Below are positions 34,850-37,097 of a stretch of 37,097 nucleotides of DNA, in pieces; the first letter of the stretch is position 1, and every line of letters starts with the position of its first letter. The notes below the pieces were generated by a model. That model saw nothing but the letters and a program-made list of their open reading frames with translations. It was not told where the DNA came from and did no database searches. This stretch comes from a virus (taxonomy: Duplodnaviria > Caudoviricetes): positions 1 to 37,097 of IMG/VR virus record IMGVR_UViG_3300024251_000023; one strand, 5' to 3'. A program made the translations under genes and the position numbers.

Positions 34850-35593
34850 ATGATAAATTCATTTAATACAAACGTTGCAATAGAATTTGGCGACCGCGTA
34901 GCTCTTCTTATTCAACACTTCGCGCAATGGACATTTAATAATCTTGCCAACAAAAGAAACATCCATGATGGCTACTGTTGGTCTTACGACACTCTTGAAG
35001 CTCTGCAAAAAACTTTTCCTTACTGGACAAAAAGCCAACTCGAAACAACCATTGGTAATGCTGTTAAGGCAGGCCTTATCATCAAAGGCAACTATAATGC
35101 TCACAAATATGATAGGACTTGTTGGTACGCTCTGAATTATAAAACCTACACATTTTACAGTGAGTTACAGCAATGGGATTTTGCTAAATTGTTGTTCGAT
35201 ACCATTTCCGAAAATTCGGAAATGCTGTTCGCAGATTTCGGAAAGGCTGTTCTGGAAATTCGGACACCTATACCAACTAATAAACCAACTAATAAACCAA
35301 CTAATACCCCTATAGTCCCCAAAGGGGATGAGGTAGGTTTTGAATCTTTCTGGAAGTTATATCCAACTAAGAAAGGCAAGAAGCAGTGTGAAGATAAGTG
35401 GCGTAGGCTCAAGCTTGACGATCAGGCTGAGCAGATTGTCGCGGCTTTACAAAAACAAATTGCCAATGATGACCAGTGGAAGCGAGGTTTCATACCGAAC
35501 CCAATCACCTACCTCAACGGCGCACGATGGAACGATGAGATTTCACAACCAAGGAGTGGTAAGCAACAAAAGAAAATTAACCCTACCTTGTGA
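34850..35593 (+). CDS. Phage replication initiator (lambda O-like organisation)
   Basis: N-terminal wHTH (HDGYCWSYDT...FPYW...GNYN...DRTCWY); C-terminal FESFWKLYPTKKGK...FIPNPITYLNGARWNDE; precedes the helicase. Confidence 0.88.
   Translation: MINSFNTNVAIEFGDRVALLIQHFAQWTFNNLANKRNIHDGYCWSYDTLEALQKTFPYWTKSQLETTIGNAVKAGLIIKGNYNAHKYDRTCWYALNYKTYTFYSELQQWDFAKLLFDTISENSEMLFADFGKAVLEIRTPIPTNKPTNKPTNTPIVPKGDEVGFESFWKLYPTKKGKKQCEDKWRRLKLDDQAEQIVAALQKQIANDDQWKRGFIPNPITYLNGARWNDEISQPRSGKQQKKINPTL
35203..35307 (+). repeat. Putative replication origin: three 22-bp iterons plus three 12-bp tandem repeats
   Basis: TTCGGA at 35215, 35237, 35259; ACCAACTAATA(A/C) at 35272, 35284, 35296. Confidence 0.8.
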
Positions 35594-35599
35594 GGTCAT

Positions 35600-37089
35600 A
35601 TGCTAGCCAAAGAGTTATCCGCGCTTCTAGCGCAACGTTGTGAAGATATTGTTCGTGACTTACTACCAAATGGTGAGAAACGCAGTGGTGAGTGGTGTGT
35701 AGGCTCACTACAAGGTGAACAAGGCAAGTCGCTTAAAGTTCATCTCAAAGGAAACAAAGCAGGTATTTGGTCAGACTTTCAGAGCGGTGAGAGTGGTGAC
35801 ATGCTAGATTTATGGGCAAAGACCAAAGGACTGACCATCGTGCAGGCTATGGTTGAGGTTGCTTCGTACTTCAATGTTTCGACAAAACAATATAGACCGA
35901 CAGGAGTCTCTAAAAAAACCTTCACCAAACCGCCAAAAAAGCCCCATACGCCGCTTAACGTGCTATCACCAGTACACCAGTACCTCTCAGTAACTAGAGG
36001 TCTGTCTGAGGCCACTATAGAAGCTTTTAAGATACCTCAAAGTGATGACGAGATTGTATTGAACTACATCAGGAATGATGAGGTTATCTTCATTAAGAAT
36101 TTGAAACTTGAGCGCAAGAATGGTGAGAAGAAGATGTTTGTGTCTCCTAACGCAGAACCTTGCTTGTTTGGATGGCAGGTCATACCACCGCACGCACGTA
36201 CTGTAGTTATCTGTGAAGGCGAAATAGATGCGATGAGCTTTTATGAGTACGGCATTCCAGCATTGTCAGTGCCATTTGGTGGTGGACGTGGTGAGAAGCA
36301 ACGCTGGTTAGAGTATGAGGCTGATAATTTAAATCGTTTCGATGAAGTGTTGATTTGTATGGACAATGACGAAACAGGGATGGAAGGAGCAAAAGAAATC
36401 GTCAACCGACTTGGTGCTCACCGTTGCAAGCTAATTGAGTTGCCAATGAAAGACGCTAATGAGTGCTTGGTTAATGGCTTAAGTAAAGAGGACATTGAGT
36501 TCTTTATTGCTGATGCGAAATCCCTCGATCCAGAAGAGCTTCGATTCCATCATGACTTCACTATGGAGGCTTATGAACTCATTCATCCAACCCCTGGCAA
36601 GTTTCTGGGCTATACGCTCGGATGGGAAAAGTGCGAAGACCACTTTCTGTTTAGACCGTCTGGATTAACGATGTGGACAGGCTACAACGGCCATGGCAAG
36701 ACGCTGTTTCTTGGTCAGGTCATGCTCAATATGATGGGTCAAGGCGCTAGGATTTGTGTTGCCAGCATGGAACTTTACCCTGCTGAGCTGATGGCACGGT
36801 TATACATGCAGGCCACGGCTCAAGAAAAACCGAGTCTTGAGTATATTAAAGCTATTGATTTATGGATTGATAGAAAACTCATGATATTCAACTTGGTTGG
36901 TACAGCGAAGATTGACCGCATGTTGGAAGTTTTTTTGTACGCCAGACGTCGCTATGGTGTTGATGTGTTTGTCGTTGATTCATTGACTACGTTGAACATT
37001 GCCGAAGATGACTATAATGGTCAAAAAGAACTTACGGAGAAGCTTCGAGACTTTAAGCTGCAATATAACTGCCACATCCACTTAGTAGC
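35600..37089 (+). CDS. Bifunctional primase-helicase (T7 gp4/Twinkle-like), N-terminal part; ~619 aa once joined to 2..496
   Basis: Hand translation MLAKELSALL...; TOPRIM CEGEIDAMS and MDND; KDANE; Walker A GYNGHGKT; ASME; GAGGT SD. Confidence 0.93.
36964..37089 (+). repeat. Terminal direct repeat, copy 2
   Basis: Identical to 1-126; followed by 8 non-matching bases. Confidence 0.97.
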
Positions 37090-37097
37090 GACCACCG

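Larger units (their letters stand above)
1..36963. mobile_element. Complete circular(ised) genome of a P22/Sf6-like podovirus
   Basis: 126-bp terminal direct repeat; one gene spans the junction in frame; full packaging, head, short-tail, ejection, lysis, recombination and replication gene set; no tape measure or host housekeeping genes. Confidence 0.92.

Noticed and set aside
35203-35307. CRISPR-like mini-array
   Set aside because: Repeats are contiguous with no unique spacers and lie in a coding region; better explained as iterons
1-37097. Stop-codon reassignment or alternative genetic code
   Set aside because: Core genes are full length in the standard code, and TAA, TGA and TAG all end genes at sensible positions
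1-37097. Specific host assignment (impression of a Legionellales-like gammaproteobacterium)
   Set aside because: Rests only on general style (AAGGAT SDs, RpoD-like region 4, P22-type module); needs spacer or homology searches

Overview
The window is almost certainly a complete, circularly permuted genome (~36,963 bp) of a P22/Sf6-like podovirus. Bases 1-126 recur exactly at 36964-37089, and a T7gp4/Twinkle-type primase-helicase missed by the ORF track runs across that junction. Recognisable modules are: TerS; TerL; portal; scaffold; P22-like coat; gp4- and gp10-like tail proteins; three ejection-type proteins; several fibre/spike genes; GH108 endolysin; VRR-NUC; a leftward YqaJ/RecT/SSB operon; a Cro-like gene; and an O-like initiator with internal iterons. 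I saw no tyrosine integrase, cI-type repressor, classical holin/spanin cassette or CRISPR array. The most unusual region is a ~5 kb island separating TerS from TerL. It holds ~450 nt of stacked RNA structures, an XRE-HTH fused to a near-native RpoD region 4 without region 2, a tRNA-like gene with a rebuilt anticodon arm, and a consensus-promoter operon ending in a serine resolvase beside a candidate crossover site. Other highlights are a tandem, covarying hairpin+pseudoknot leader before the scaffold gene and an A_AAA_AAG slippery site ending a His-rich gene. All family calls come from recognising motifs by eye; no searches were run.
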